From Candidatus Heimdallarchaeota archaeon (lineage in GTDB: Archaea; Asgardarchaeota; Heimdallarchaeia; Heimdallarchaeales; Heimdallarchaeaceae), in assembly GCA_016839945.1 (NCBI GenBank), contig JAEOTE010000038.1, positions 1-36,308 of the forward strand: 36,308 nucleotides of DNA, read 5' to 3'. The position numbers and the translations under genes are program-made. Below the pieces are notes generated by a model that saw only the letters and a program-made list of their open reading frames with translations, was not told where the DNA came from and ran no database searches. Of the stretch, positions 27,346-36,237 are shown in pieces (within the stretch, counting starts at the first letter, position 1; each line of letters opens with the position of its first letter).

Positions 27346-28659
27346 CTAGTTCACTTCCTTTTCTATTAACTGTTTTTTGACCTTGAAACCATAATCAATG
27401 CCATCTCTAATTACATCAGCCATTATTTTCTGATTACCAATAACTATGTGTAAATCTTTCAAAGGTTCTGGAGTTTCCCTTTTAGCTTTTTCAAGGTATG
27501 CCCTAGCTGCAGCTAAATCTGTTCCAACCATTCTACCAAAAACAGGAATCATCCTCTTCTTAGACATAAACCTGTCTCTTAGTGACATTATTAACCCTCT
27601 TATGAATATATCACAGCTGGAAATACCTCCAAATCTACTAGTTATAATAATGTCAGTAGCAGGATGATCCATTAATAAATGAAACATATCTGCCACTTTA
27701 ATAAGTGAAGGACCTCCCCCGCTGTCCATGAAATTTATTGGTATAACTTTACCTTCAAAATAACGGTTCCCTATATTAACTACTTCATCAATTGAAAAAA
27801 TTCCATAACCAGCACCACCTGGTACTAATCCTACATACAATTTGTCTTTATCTTTTACAAAATCTTCTGGATGTTCTATCAAATCAAGATAGGGAAATCC
27901 AATTTTATATGCTTGTTCCTCGTATACAGTCTGCTCTGATACATCGTGTCTTTTACTGCGAGGATCAATATTAATTGATTTCAATAAAGGCGCTTGTCTG
28001 TAAAGACTATTATCATCAAGAACAATTTTTGCATCTGCAGCAATAACACTATTATCTTTTGTTACGATTAATGGATTTATTTCACAAATTTTTGCTTCAA
28101 CTTGCTGAAAAGCATTATAAAGTGATCTAATTGCATTGCTTAATTTATCTTTAATTGTTAAGAAATCTGCATTTTTCTCAACTAAAAATATAGCAGCTTC
28201 TTCTGCAATATCATCTGGTAAATCTTTAACGTTATCTTTTATTATTTTCTTCCAAATCTTTTCAGGGTGAGTTCTAGCAACTTCTTCAATATCGATACCA
28301 CCACTTGCAGATGTTACAATTACAATATCGAAGGTTGCAGGATCTGTGGTTACAGACATATAGATTTCATTCGCAACATCTACAGCTTTCTCAAGAAGAA
28401 TCTTTTTGACAGGACATCCATGGATTTTCATTTCAAACATTTTTTCAACATTTTCTCTGGTTTCTTCAATATTGGAACATAACTTGATTCCACCTGCTTT
28501 TCCCCTTCCCCCTATCAAAACCATAGCTTTTACCATTACTGGAAATTTCAAAGATAAATCGTCTAATTCTTCTATTTGTTCTATTGCTGCAACTTGTTTT
28601 GGTATAACAAGCCCATGTTTTTCAAAAATCTGTTTCGCTTCATATTCATATAATTTCAT
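27346..28659 (-). CDS. Acyl-CoA synthetase (NDP-forming) beta subunit, ATP-grasp (succinyl/citryl-CoA synthetase-like)
   Basis: MKLYEYEAK, VKA.V..GGRGKAGG, GGIDIEE, EINPL, ADAK..DDN, GGAGYG, NFMDSGGG, FGGISSCD. Confidence 0.88.
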   Translation of the reverse strand: MKLYEYEAKQIFEKHGLVIPKQVAAIEQIEELDDLSLKFPVMVKAMVLIGGRGKAGGIKLCSNIEETRENVEKMFEMKIHGCPVKKILLEKAVDVANEIYMSVTTDPATFDIVIVTSASGGIDIEEVARTHPEKIWKKIIKDNVKDLPDDIAEEAAIFLVEKNADFLTIKDKLSNAIRSLYNAFQQVEAKICEINPLIVTKDNSVIAADAKIVLDDNSLYRQAPLLKSINIDPRSKRHDVSEQTVYEEQAYKIGFPYLDLIEHPEDFVKDKDKLYVGLVPGGAGYGIFSIDEVVNIGNRYFEGKVIPINFMDSGGGPSLIKVADMFHLLMDHPATDIIITSRFGGISSCDIFIRGLIMSLRDRFMSKKRMIPVFGRMVGTDLAAARAYLEKAKRETPEPLKDLHIVIGNQKIMADVIRDGIDYGFKVKKQLIEKEVN

Positions 28660-28671
28660 CTATTATTACCT

Positions 28672-30525
28672 CTATTCTGAATATTGTTTTTTGTAGTACT
28701 TTATCAAACCACCAGCATTGAAGATTTTTAGCAATTCAGCTGGTAACTTACCTGTATTGTAAACACTATCTCCGTTAGTTATTTGACCTCCTTCTAAATC
28801 TATGGAGGTTAGAAAATCTTTGTTGAAGTTATCTACAAATTCTGGGTGAACAATGATTGGTAATCCTTGGTTAATAGCAGATCTATAGAAAATACGTGCT
28901 ACTGATTTGACAATCACAGCTTTAACACCCGCAGAAGCTAGCCCTACAGCTGGATGTTCTCTTGATGAACCACAACCAAAATTACTACCAGCAACTATGA
29001 TATCATCATTTGTTACGCGAGATGAAAAAGTTTCATCTAGACCTTTGAATAAATGAGGTATTATTTTTTCACCATCAGCTGATTTAATGTCGTAAGTTAA
29101 ATTGCCTGCAAACATTTGATCTGTATTTAAATCATCTATTTCGCTATAATCCCAGGTACCCTTAAGGTAACGGTTATCATCAGTTGATATTTGAAGAGTT
29201 CTCATTTCTTTAACTCTTGATTGTAGCTGTAATTTCGATTCTCTTTTTTCAACTTTTATAGGTAGATAATCTCTTGGATCAACAATCCTTCCTTCAATTG
29301 CTGATGCAACCACTGTTGCTGGTGAGGCTAGAAATACTGAACTTCTTTTGTTTCCCATTCTACCAAGAAAATTCCTATTGGCTGTTGATATAACATTCCA
29401 GTCATCAGCTGGTAAACCTTGTCCTTTACCAAGGCATGGGCCACAGCTGCAAGATAGAATTATAGCCCCTGCTTCAACAAGTGTTTGAATAACCCCTTGT
29501 TTCATAGCATTAAGATAAATCTCTTGAGATGCTGGTGCAACAAGAAACTGAACACCTGTTTTTACTTTTCTATCTTTGATTATTGATGCTGCAATGACTA
29601 AATCATCTAAACGAGCATTAGTACAGGTACCAAGGAATGCTTGATCGATAAATGTTTCATCAATGTTTCTTATAAAATGAACATTATCAACTTGGTGTGG
29701 AACTGCAACTAAAGGTTCCAACTCATTAAGATTAACAATTAATTCTTGGATAAATGAAGCATCGTTATCTGACCACATTAGGTTGTCTTGTAGAGTTGTG
29801 TCTTCTGAATCATGTTTTTCCTTCAACCAATCAGATAATATTTTGTCAGGAGGAAAAACCGCTGTTTTGGCCCCCATTTCTGATGCTAAATTTGCCAAAG
29901 TCATTCGTTCTGAAATGCTAAGCGATTCCACTCCATCTCCATGAAACTCAATTGCTTTGTATGTGGCCCCTGCTGAACCAATTGCATTCATAAGGTATAA
30001 AGCAATATCTTTTGCATAAACTCCTGGAGGAAGTCTTCCATTTAGGATTACTTTGATGGTTTCAGGTACTCTAAACCATGTTTTTCCAGTTAACCATAAT
30101 CCAGCAGTTTCAGTTCTATCAATACCAGCTGCAAAAGCTGAAAAAGCTCCACTTGTACAAGTGTGCGAATCTGATCCTACAATAAGCATTTCTGGCAATG
30201 CATGGTTTGCCATTAATTGATGACATATTCCTTTTCCCTCATCGTAAAAATTAGTAATTTCTTGATTTTTGACTAATTCTCGAATAATCTTATGATCATT
30301 TGCAATTGTAACACTTGCTGGTGGTGAATCATGATCCAAAACAATAACTAAACGGTTAGGATATTTGATTTTTGTATCACCCATTTTTTGAAATGTTTTA
30401 TAGATTGAAGCAGAGTTATCATGAGATAGAATTAAGTCGGGTTCAGCAAAAACAATATCTCCTGCACTAACTTCTTGACCAGATTTTTTTGAAAATAATT
30501 TTTCTGAATAAGTCTTACCACTCAT
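28672..30525 (-). CDS. Aconitase-family dehydratase, fused LeuC+LeuD (homoaconitase-like)
   Basis: SHDN, LDH, GICHQ, DSHTCT, GTCTNAR, CGPCLG, NRNFLGRMG, LASP; swivel domain NTDQM, NFGCGSSREH, ARIFYRSAIN. Confidence 0.92.
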   Translation of the reverse strand: MSGKTYSEKLFSKKSGQEVSAGDIVFAEPDLILSHDNSASIYKTFQKMGDTKIKYPNRLVIVLDHDSPPASVTIANDHKIIRELVKNQEITNFYDEGKGICHQLMANHALPEMLIVGSDSHTCTSGAFSAFAAGIDRTETAGLWLTGKTWFRVPETIKVILNGRLPPGVYAKDIALYLMNAIGSAGATYKAIEFHGDGVESLSISERMTLANLASEMGAKTAVFPPDKILSDWLKEKHDSEDTTLQDNLMWSDNDASFIQELIVNLNELEPLVAVPHQVDNVHFIRNIDETFIDQAFLGTCTNARLDDLVIAASIIKDRKVKTGVQFLVAPASQEIYLNAMKQGVIQTLVEAGAIILSCSCGPCLGKGQGLPADDWNVISTANRNFLGRMGNKRSSVFLASPATVVASAIEGRIVDPRDYLPIKVEKRESKLQLQSRVKEMRTLQISTDDNRYLKGTWDYSEIDDLNTDQMFAGNLTYDIKSADGEKIIPHLFKGLDETFSSRVTNDDIIVAGSNFGCGSSREHPAVGLASAGVKAVIVKSVARIFYRSAINQGLPIIVHPEFVDNFNKDFLTSIDLEGGQITNGDSVYNTGKLPAELLKIFNAGGLIKYYKKQYSE

Positions 30526-30543
30526 TTTCTAATCCTCACTTTT

Positions 30544-31050
30544 CTACATCCCTTCTCCTAGTTTTAACAAACCTCCAGCTTCCATAATGTCTAATACTGG
30601 TTTTGGTATAGATTTGCATTTAATCTCATTCCCTTTGTCTAAATTAACAATGATTGCGTCTTCTATATTGATCTCCAAAGCATCAAGGTTATCAATTGGT
30701 AATTGTGAGATACCTGGGGCTTCTATAAGTAATAGACCAGAATTCACAGCATTACTATAATAAATGGGACCAAAAGATTCTCCAACTATTGCCTTAATTT
30801 TATGGGCTAGAAAGCCAGTTACAGCTTGTTGTCTTGTCGATCCTTTTCCAAAATTCTTTCCAACAACAATAATCTCTCCTTCATGATTTCCTTTTCCAAA
30901 ACTCTCGAAACCTTCAAGATTTCCAAATATGTGTGGCTTAATTTCTTGAGGATCGTGCATTGTCAAGAGGGACTGATGAAAGATTTGATCAGTATCAATG
31001 TCATCTATAATGACTAATTTTGCTTTTCCACTTATCTTCTTTATGCTCAT
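30544..31050 (-). CDS. LeuD/HacB-like dehydratase small subunit (divergent)
   Basis: DDIDTDQI, GKNFGKGSTRQQA, SFGPIYYSNAVNSGL, AGGL. Confidence 0.9.
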   Translation of the reverse strand: MSIKKISGKAKLVIIDDIDTDQIFHQSLLTMHDPQEIKPHIFGNLEGFESFGKGNHEGEIIVVGKNFGKGSTRQQAVTGFLAHKIKAIVGESFGPIYYSNAVNSGLLLIEAPGISQLPIDNLDALEINIEDAIIVNLDKGNEIKCKSIPKPVLDIMEAGGLLKLGEGM

Positions 31051-32331
31051 TTAATCATCTCTAATCTTTGGTCTTGCAATTTTCCCTTGAATCGCAGTAG
31101 CTGCAGCTACCACTGGACTCGCCAAATAGACATCAGCTGGTCCAATTTTTCCTTGAGTATTGCGGTTACCTGTTGTTAAAGTAACTGCTGTTTTCCCTCC
31201 AGTCAAGCCATATTGACCTTTTGCGCAAGTTGAACAGCCAACTCCAAAAATATTACCTCCGGCTTCTAGAATTGTAGCCATAGCACTTTGATTATGTATT
31301 GAAATAAAGTCTTCACGAGTTGCAGGAACAATACCAAGTCTTACATCTGGGTCAACTTCCTTATTTTTTAGAATTTTAGCTGCATCTTGGATATCAGTTG
31401 CACTTCCATTTGTACAAGATCCTATAATAATTGAGTTAATTGGAGTTCCCAATACATCATCAATAGGTTTAACATTATGAGGATGAGGAGGACACGCAAT
31501 CTGTAAATCCAAATCTTGAATATCTATAATGAGCTCAGAGCAATATTCAGCATTTTTATCTGCGCTTATTAATTCTAGATTGATATTGAATTGTCTGTAA
31601 TATTCTGCTACTTGCTCATCTGGTGGGACGAAACCAATCATTCCAGAAGCTTCAGTAATTAGAGAACATAGTGTAACTCGATCTTCAATGCTTAATTCTG
31701 ATATGCACTCTCCATAGAACTCAACAGCTTGACCAGTTATTTCATACTCATGAAGTTTCTTAAGAACAAATAAAGCCAGATCTTTAGATGTTGTAGGCCA
31801 TTTGTATGATCCTTTTAAAATAACTTTTACCGTTTCAGGGATTTTTATCCAAGATTTTCCAGTTTTCATGGCAAAAGCAAGCATTACATCACCAGCTCCT
31901 TGACCTAAAATACCCAATGCTCCTAAAATGTTGTAATGGCTATCAGCCCCAAAAACAATATCTCCAGGTTTCGCAAAACCCCTTCGAAACAATAGATGTG
32001 ATCCAATACCTGAACCTAAATCAGTAACTTGAATATTGTGTTCCTTAGCAAACACACGAATTTTTTCCTGATCAATTGCGTGTTTTGGGTCGTTTCCATA
32101 TGGATAACAATCTGGTGTGAAAATAATCTTTCCATTGTCAAATGTTTTTGAATTAGAGTAATGTTTTTGGAATAAATCCACAACTTGAGGTCCTGCATAA
32201 TCCCTTGCTGTAACTAAATCGATGTTAATCCATACAATATTTCCAGGAAAAATCTCTTCATCTGATACACTGCTGTGTGTTTTAATTATTTTTTCAATTA
32301 TAGTTAAACCAGTCATCTCGCCCAATTTCAT
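31051..32331 (-). CDS. LeuC/HacA-like dehydratase large subunit (divergent)
   Basis: TIIEKI, DSH, GSCTNG, CSTC, NRN, YLASP; substitutions ARDY, PDC, GIGSH. Confidence 0.9.
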   Translation of the reverse strand: MKLGEMTGLTIIEKIIKTHSSVSDEEIFPGNIVWINIDLVTARDYAGPQVVDLFQKHYSNSKTFDNGKIIFTPDCYPYGNDPKHAIDQEKIRVFAKEHNIQVTDLGSGIGSHLLFRRGFAKPGDIVFGADSHYNILGALGILGQGAGDVMLAFAMKTGKSWIKIPETVKVILKGSYKWPTTSKDLALFVLKKLHEYEITGQAVEFYGECISELSIEDRVTLCSLITEASGMIGFVPPDEQVAEYYRQFNINLELISADKNAEYCSELIIDIQDLDLQIACPPHPHNVKPIDDVLGTPINSIIIGSCTNGSATDIQDAAKILKNKEVDPDVRLGIVPATREDFISIHNQSAMATILEAGGNIFGVGCSTCAKGQYGLTGGKTAVTLTTGNRNTQGKIGPADVYLASPVVAAATAIQGKIARPKIRDD

Positions 32332-32438
32332 CGATTAATAAGAAGGTAATAAAATTAACTCTATGTGTGTAATTATGTACAAAACGTAAAATATTATTTT
32401 ATTCATTATTAATTCAAGAAAAAAATAGGTGAGGTAAT

Positions 32439-33572
32439 TTATGCCTTCAATTTCTCACAAATAGCATCAGCCATTTCAGATGTTGTTGAAGATCCACCCA
32501 TATCATAAGTTCTGACTTTTCCTTCTAGTATAACAGTAGCAACCGCTTCCTCTATTTTCTTTGCCATCTCTTTTTCGCCAAGCCAATCAAGCATCATTTT
32601 TGCTGCTAATATCTGCGCAATAGGGTTAACTTTATTCATACCTATATATTTTGGAGCAGAACCATGTGTTGGCTCAAATACTGCAAAATTATCTCCAATA
32701 TTGCCAGAACATGCAAAACCTAATCCACCTATAAGTTGAGCACAGAGATCTGAAACTATGTCTCCAAACATATTTGAAGCAACAAGAACTCCATAATTTT
32801 GTGGGTTCTTAACTAACCACATAGCCATCGCATCAATATTTGTTTCCCAGAGTTCCAAATTGTTATATTCTTGAACAAGCTTACGAGCTTCTCTTATCAT
32901 CAGTCCACTTGTTTCTCTGATTACATTTGGTTTTTCTACAACAGTTACTGTTGGGTAACCAAAGTCTCTTGCATAATCCATACTTGCCTTAAGAATACGT
33001 TTGACTCCTTTCCTAGTAAAAATCCTAGTTGAAATCGCAACATCATTAAGATTTGCTCCTTCAAATCTTTTAGCTTTGGGATGGTTCTCGATTATTGTTT
33101 TCATTACTCCTTCAGGAACTGGATGCCATTCAATCCCAACATAAAGACCTTCAGTATTCTCACGAAAAACCACTAAATCTAGATCATCTCTGTAATTTAA
33201 TGGATTTCCTGGGTATGCTTTACATGGACGCAAATTTACGTATAAATCAAATAATTGTCTCAATCTTACTATTGGACTGAAATAGATCAAATCCTTTCCT
33301 TGTAATTCAGGTATTAATTCTTTTTCTGCTTCTTCTTTTGGTTTGGATGTAATAGCAGAGAATAAACAACAATCAGATTGTTTTAACAGTTCTATTGTTC
33401 TTTCAGGTAGTGCGTCCCCCTCTTTACACCAAAATTCCCAACCAATGTCACCCCACTTATATTCAGCAAGTTCACTAAAGCCCACAGCATCAAGAGCTTT
33501 CATTGCTGCATCAGTAACATCTTTGCCAATTCCATCACCAGGTAAAACTGCAATTTTATATTTTTTACTCAT
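32439..33572 (-). CDS. Beta-decarboxylating dehydrogenase (isocitrate/homoisocitrate family), NADP-type signature
   Basis: PGDGIG, SPIVRLRQ.FDLYVNLRP, RENTEGLY, KPNV, NMFGDIVSD, FEPTHGSAPKY, NP, TYDMGG. Confidence 0.92.
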   Translation of the reverse strand: MSKKYKIAVLPGDGIGKDVTDAAMKALDAVGFSELAEYKWGDIGWEFWCKEGDALPERTIELLKQSDCCLFSAITSKPKEEAEKELIPELQGKDLIYFSPIVRLRQLFDLYVNLRPCKAYPGNPLNYRDDLDLVVFRENTEGLYVGIEWHPVPEGVMKTIIENHPKAKRFEGANLNDVAISTRIFTRKGVKRILKASMDYARDFGYPTVTVVEKPNVIRETSGLMIREARKLVQEYNNLELWETNIDAMAMWLVKNPQNYGVLVASNMFGDIVSDLCAQLIGGLGFACSGNIGDNFAVFEPTHGSAPKYIGMNKVNPIAQILAAKMMLDWLGEKEMAKKIEEAVATVILEGKVRTYDMGGSSTTSEMADAICEKLKA

Positions 33573-33588
33573 TTTTTCACCTTTTCTC

Positions 33589-34149
33589 TTAATATCCGTA
33601 TATTTTTCTTACAGGTTCAAAACATAGAAAATCACATCTGTGGATTATCTCCACTTCTGTTAATCTTTTTATTTTATCTCCTTCTTTACTATGGAAGATT
33701 ATTGCTTGTTTGACACCTAATGGTAAATCAAACTCATAAACGATTTCTAAACCTTGAGCTGGGTGTCGAAGGATTTTCCCTGCTTTGTTTTGAACTATCT
33801 TTCCTGTTGAATCTTTTTCATATTCAACAAACTTTCCTACATCGTGTAGTAATCCCCCAGCTATAAGTTCATCCCTATTTAGATTATCTGCTAAATTAAG
33901 AAATTCATATTGTTGATAAGTTGCTATACACATCTGCGTAACAGCTCGAATGTGATCAATGATTGAGATTTTAACAGACAAGTCACTATTAACTAATTCT
34001 GGTATCAATAATGTGAAAGGAATTCGAAGAAGATCCTCCTCTGTCCATCCACCAAGTGATATTGCTTTTTCAAGTGATTTAACAACTTTTTCTTGCAATT
34101 CTTCATTTTTGATTTCTAATATTTCAGGAAAAAGATTTTTCATATCCAT
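33589..34149 (-). CDS. HD-domain phosphohydrolase
   Basis: DHIRAVT, LLHDVGK, RHP, FHS, HRCD; first gene of the tricarboxylate module. Confidence 0.88.
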   Translation of the reverse strand: MDMKNLFPEILEIKNEELQEKVVKSLEKAISLGGWTEEDLLRIPFTLLIPELVNSDLSVKISIIDHIRAVTQMCIATYQQYEFLNLADNLNRDELIAGGLLHDVGKFVEYEKDSTGKIVQNKAGKILRHPAQGLEIVYEFDLPLGVKQAIIFHSKEGDKIKRLTEVEIIHRCDFLCFEPVRKIYGY

Positions 34150-34294
34150 TTATTTGCCTCACTTCTTATTTTTAGATTTATTGATGTTAATTTAATCTAG
34201 TCAAAGGAAAATGACAAAATAGTATAATTAAGATTTTTGCTAGTGGTTTGAATCTTTACTTAGTAAAATAACACATAAAATAAACTATCGTCTT

Positions 34295-34693
34295 TTAATC
34301 AGTAATTTCTAAAAACCCAAAAAGTGATAACTTATTGTCTCCATGTAAAGAAATAACAGGTAATCCTTTTTGTCTTAACCTTAATCGGAGAGCTGAGTCA
34401 TTAGTTGCAATAATGGCATTATGTTCTTCAGCTAATCTTTCTAGTTCGAAATCAGGATTTCCTTCAGTTTTTGAATGAAGAATCTCATATTTTTCTGCTA
34501 ATTTTAATGCAAATTGTGCTTTCTGTTTAGTCGAAGGAGATGATCCTTTTATTAACTTCTTAAGTTCCTTTACAATAATTTCAGGAATAACAATTTCGAA
34601 ATCAATTGGTACAATTCGTTCTAATTCAAAAGTAATGTTTATTTTCTTCTCTAGAGGTAACATCAACATGCTTGAATCCAGTATAACTAACAT
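34295..34693 (-). CDS. PIN-domain protein (Fcf1/Utp23-like)
   Basis: ILDSSML, ELKKL, PD, IATNDSALR; conserved position after aIF2-gamma. Confidence 0.88.
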   Translation of the reverse strand: MLVILDSSMLMLPLEKKINITFELERIVPIDFEIVIPEIIVKELKKLIKGSSPSTKQKAQFALKLAEKYEILHSKTEGNPDFELERLAEEHNAIIATNDSALRLRLRQKGLPVISLHGDNKLSLFGFLEITD

Positions 34694-34704
34694 TCAAAAC
34701 CTCA

Positions 34705-36021
34705 CTACTTGTTATTAAGAATTTCACCAACACCTATCAACCGAAATCTTTTAGCAATCATTCGCGAAATGGCTATCTTACTATTAGGACGGGCAGCTAC
34801 TTCTCTGTTTAATTTTACTTTAGCTTTGTCTCCTCGAATCTCTGTTATTGAACCTGTTGTTCTTGCTGTTCCTACATTGAGCATCAGATTCTCACCTTTA
34901 GCTAATGGTTGTACCTTTGTTATTTGCTCAGAACCAACTACATATTCCATTAACTGAACTGAAAGTTCTAGTTCTGAAAGAATAGGTGGTGCTTGTCCTG
35001 GTGTTGTAATTACATTTCCTGCCATCTTATCAGCTTTAACAAATGATGGATCTAATTCAGTTCCAATAGCAACCAATCCACCCGAATGTGCACTTTTTAC
35101 TAAACCTTGTTCTCCTATTGAGATACTTATTACCTTTGTTTTAATCGGGGTGTAGACTGTTTTGTTACCTTTCTTAATGGGTATACCGGGAACAATTTCT
35201 ATCTCATCACCAACATTAACTTGACCTTTGATTATAGTTCCCCCTAAGGCTCCACCCTTAAGTTTTCCTGGTTCAGTTCCAGGTCTATTAATATCAAAAG
35301 ATCTTGCTACTAACATTTCTAGAGGACTTTCAATATCGAGTTCTGGAGTTGGGACATATTTTTCTATTTCACAGATTAAAACATCTAAGTTAGCTTTGTG
35401 CATTGCACTTATAGGAACAATGGGTGCTTTTTCAGCAATAGTGCCTTTTATGAATTGTTGAATATCTTTATAGTTACTTGCAGCATCATCCTCAGAGACT
35501 AATTCGATTTTGTTTTGAGCAATAACTATGTTTGGGATTTTGAGAATGTCCATAGCTGCAAGATGCTCTCTTGTTTGAGGTTGAGGACATTTCGAATTTG
35601 CTGAAATAAGTAAAATTGCTCCATTCATCATTGTTGCACCTGAAAGAAGGGTTGCCATAAGCACTTCGTGTCCAGGACAATCAACAAATGAAACTCTTCT
35701 TAGAAATTCAGAAGACGTTCCACATTTAGGACAATTCTTTTCTATAGTGTACGCTTCTGGTTCTGGGCATTTTGGACATTTGCGAAATTCTGTATCAGCG
35801 TAACCCAATCTGATTGAAATACCTCTCTTTAATTCTTCTGAGTGATCATCTGGAAATTTTCCAGTAAGTGATTGTACTAATGTAGATTTACCATTGTCAA
35901 CATGCCCTATTGTTCCTATGTTAACAACTGGTTGTGTAATTTTTTTCTCTTCAGCTGCTTGTGTACTCTTTTGGCTAGATTGTGTTTTCTTCTCTTGGTC
36001 AGAGGTTTCTTTTTTACTCAT
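34705..36021 (-). CDS. eif2g: Translation initiation factor 2 gamma subunit
   Basis: QPVVNIGTIGHVDNGKST, EELKRGISIRLGYA, CPKC..CPKC, DCPGHE, PQPQTREH, NKIE, RSFDINRPG, RLIGVG. Confidence 0.97.
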   Translation of the reverse strand: MSKKETSDQEKKTQSSQKSTQAAEEKKITQPVVNIGTIGHVDNGKSTLVQSLTGKFPDDHSEELKRGISIRLGYADTEFRKCPKCPEPEAYTIEKNCPKCGTSSEFLRRVSFVDCPGHEVLMATLLSGATMMNGAILLISANSKCPQPQTREHLAAMDILKIPNIVIAQNKIELVSEDDAASNYKDIQQFIKGTIAEKAPIVPISAMHKANLDVLICEIEKYVPTPELDIESPLEMLVARSFDINRPGTEPGKLKGGALGGTIIKGQVNVGDEIEIVPGIPIKKGNKTVYTPIKTKVISISIGEQGLVKSAHSGGLVAIGTELDPSFVKADKMAGNVITTPGQAPPILSELELSVQLMEYVVGSEQITKVQPLAKGENLMLNVGTARTTGSITEIRGDKAKVKLNREVAARPNSKIAISRMIAKRFRLIGVGEILNNK

Positions 36022-36237
36022 CAATTATTCCTCTTGTGTTATAATGCTTAATTATGTAGGTATTTCCATTAAGTTTTATACTATCCATATATAAGACTGT
36101 ATTTCAAACAAAAGTAGCATCTCAAAAACTTTGCGTTTTACGTATTAATACATAGTAGTAAAAGTATTTACAATAAGTATGTTTAAAAACAATTAGAATA
36201 GAACCAGCAATGTATAAGACGAAGAGATGATTTTATA

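Noticed and set aside
25204-28659. Ordinary sucCD succinyl-CoA synthetase
   Set aside because: The alpha chain is 713 aa with an intact citryl-CoA-lyase-like domain, which SucD lacks.
28672-33572. Plain leuBCD or lysine (aminoadipate) biosynthesis operon
   Set aside because: No leuA, homocitrate synthase or lysWXYZ genes nearby; the dehydrogenase has NADP-type PKY; the genes are coupled to an ACL-like enzyme. Gene symbols were therefore withheld.
35894-36094. 66-aa plus-strand ORF at the eif2g 5' end
   Set aside because: Antisense to eif2g; no resemblance to eS6 or any recognised protein.
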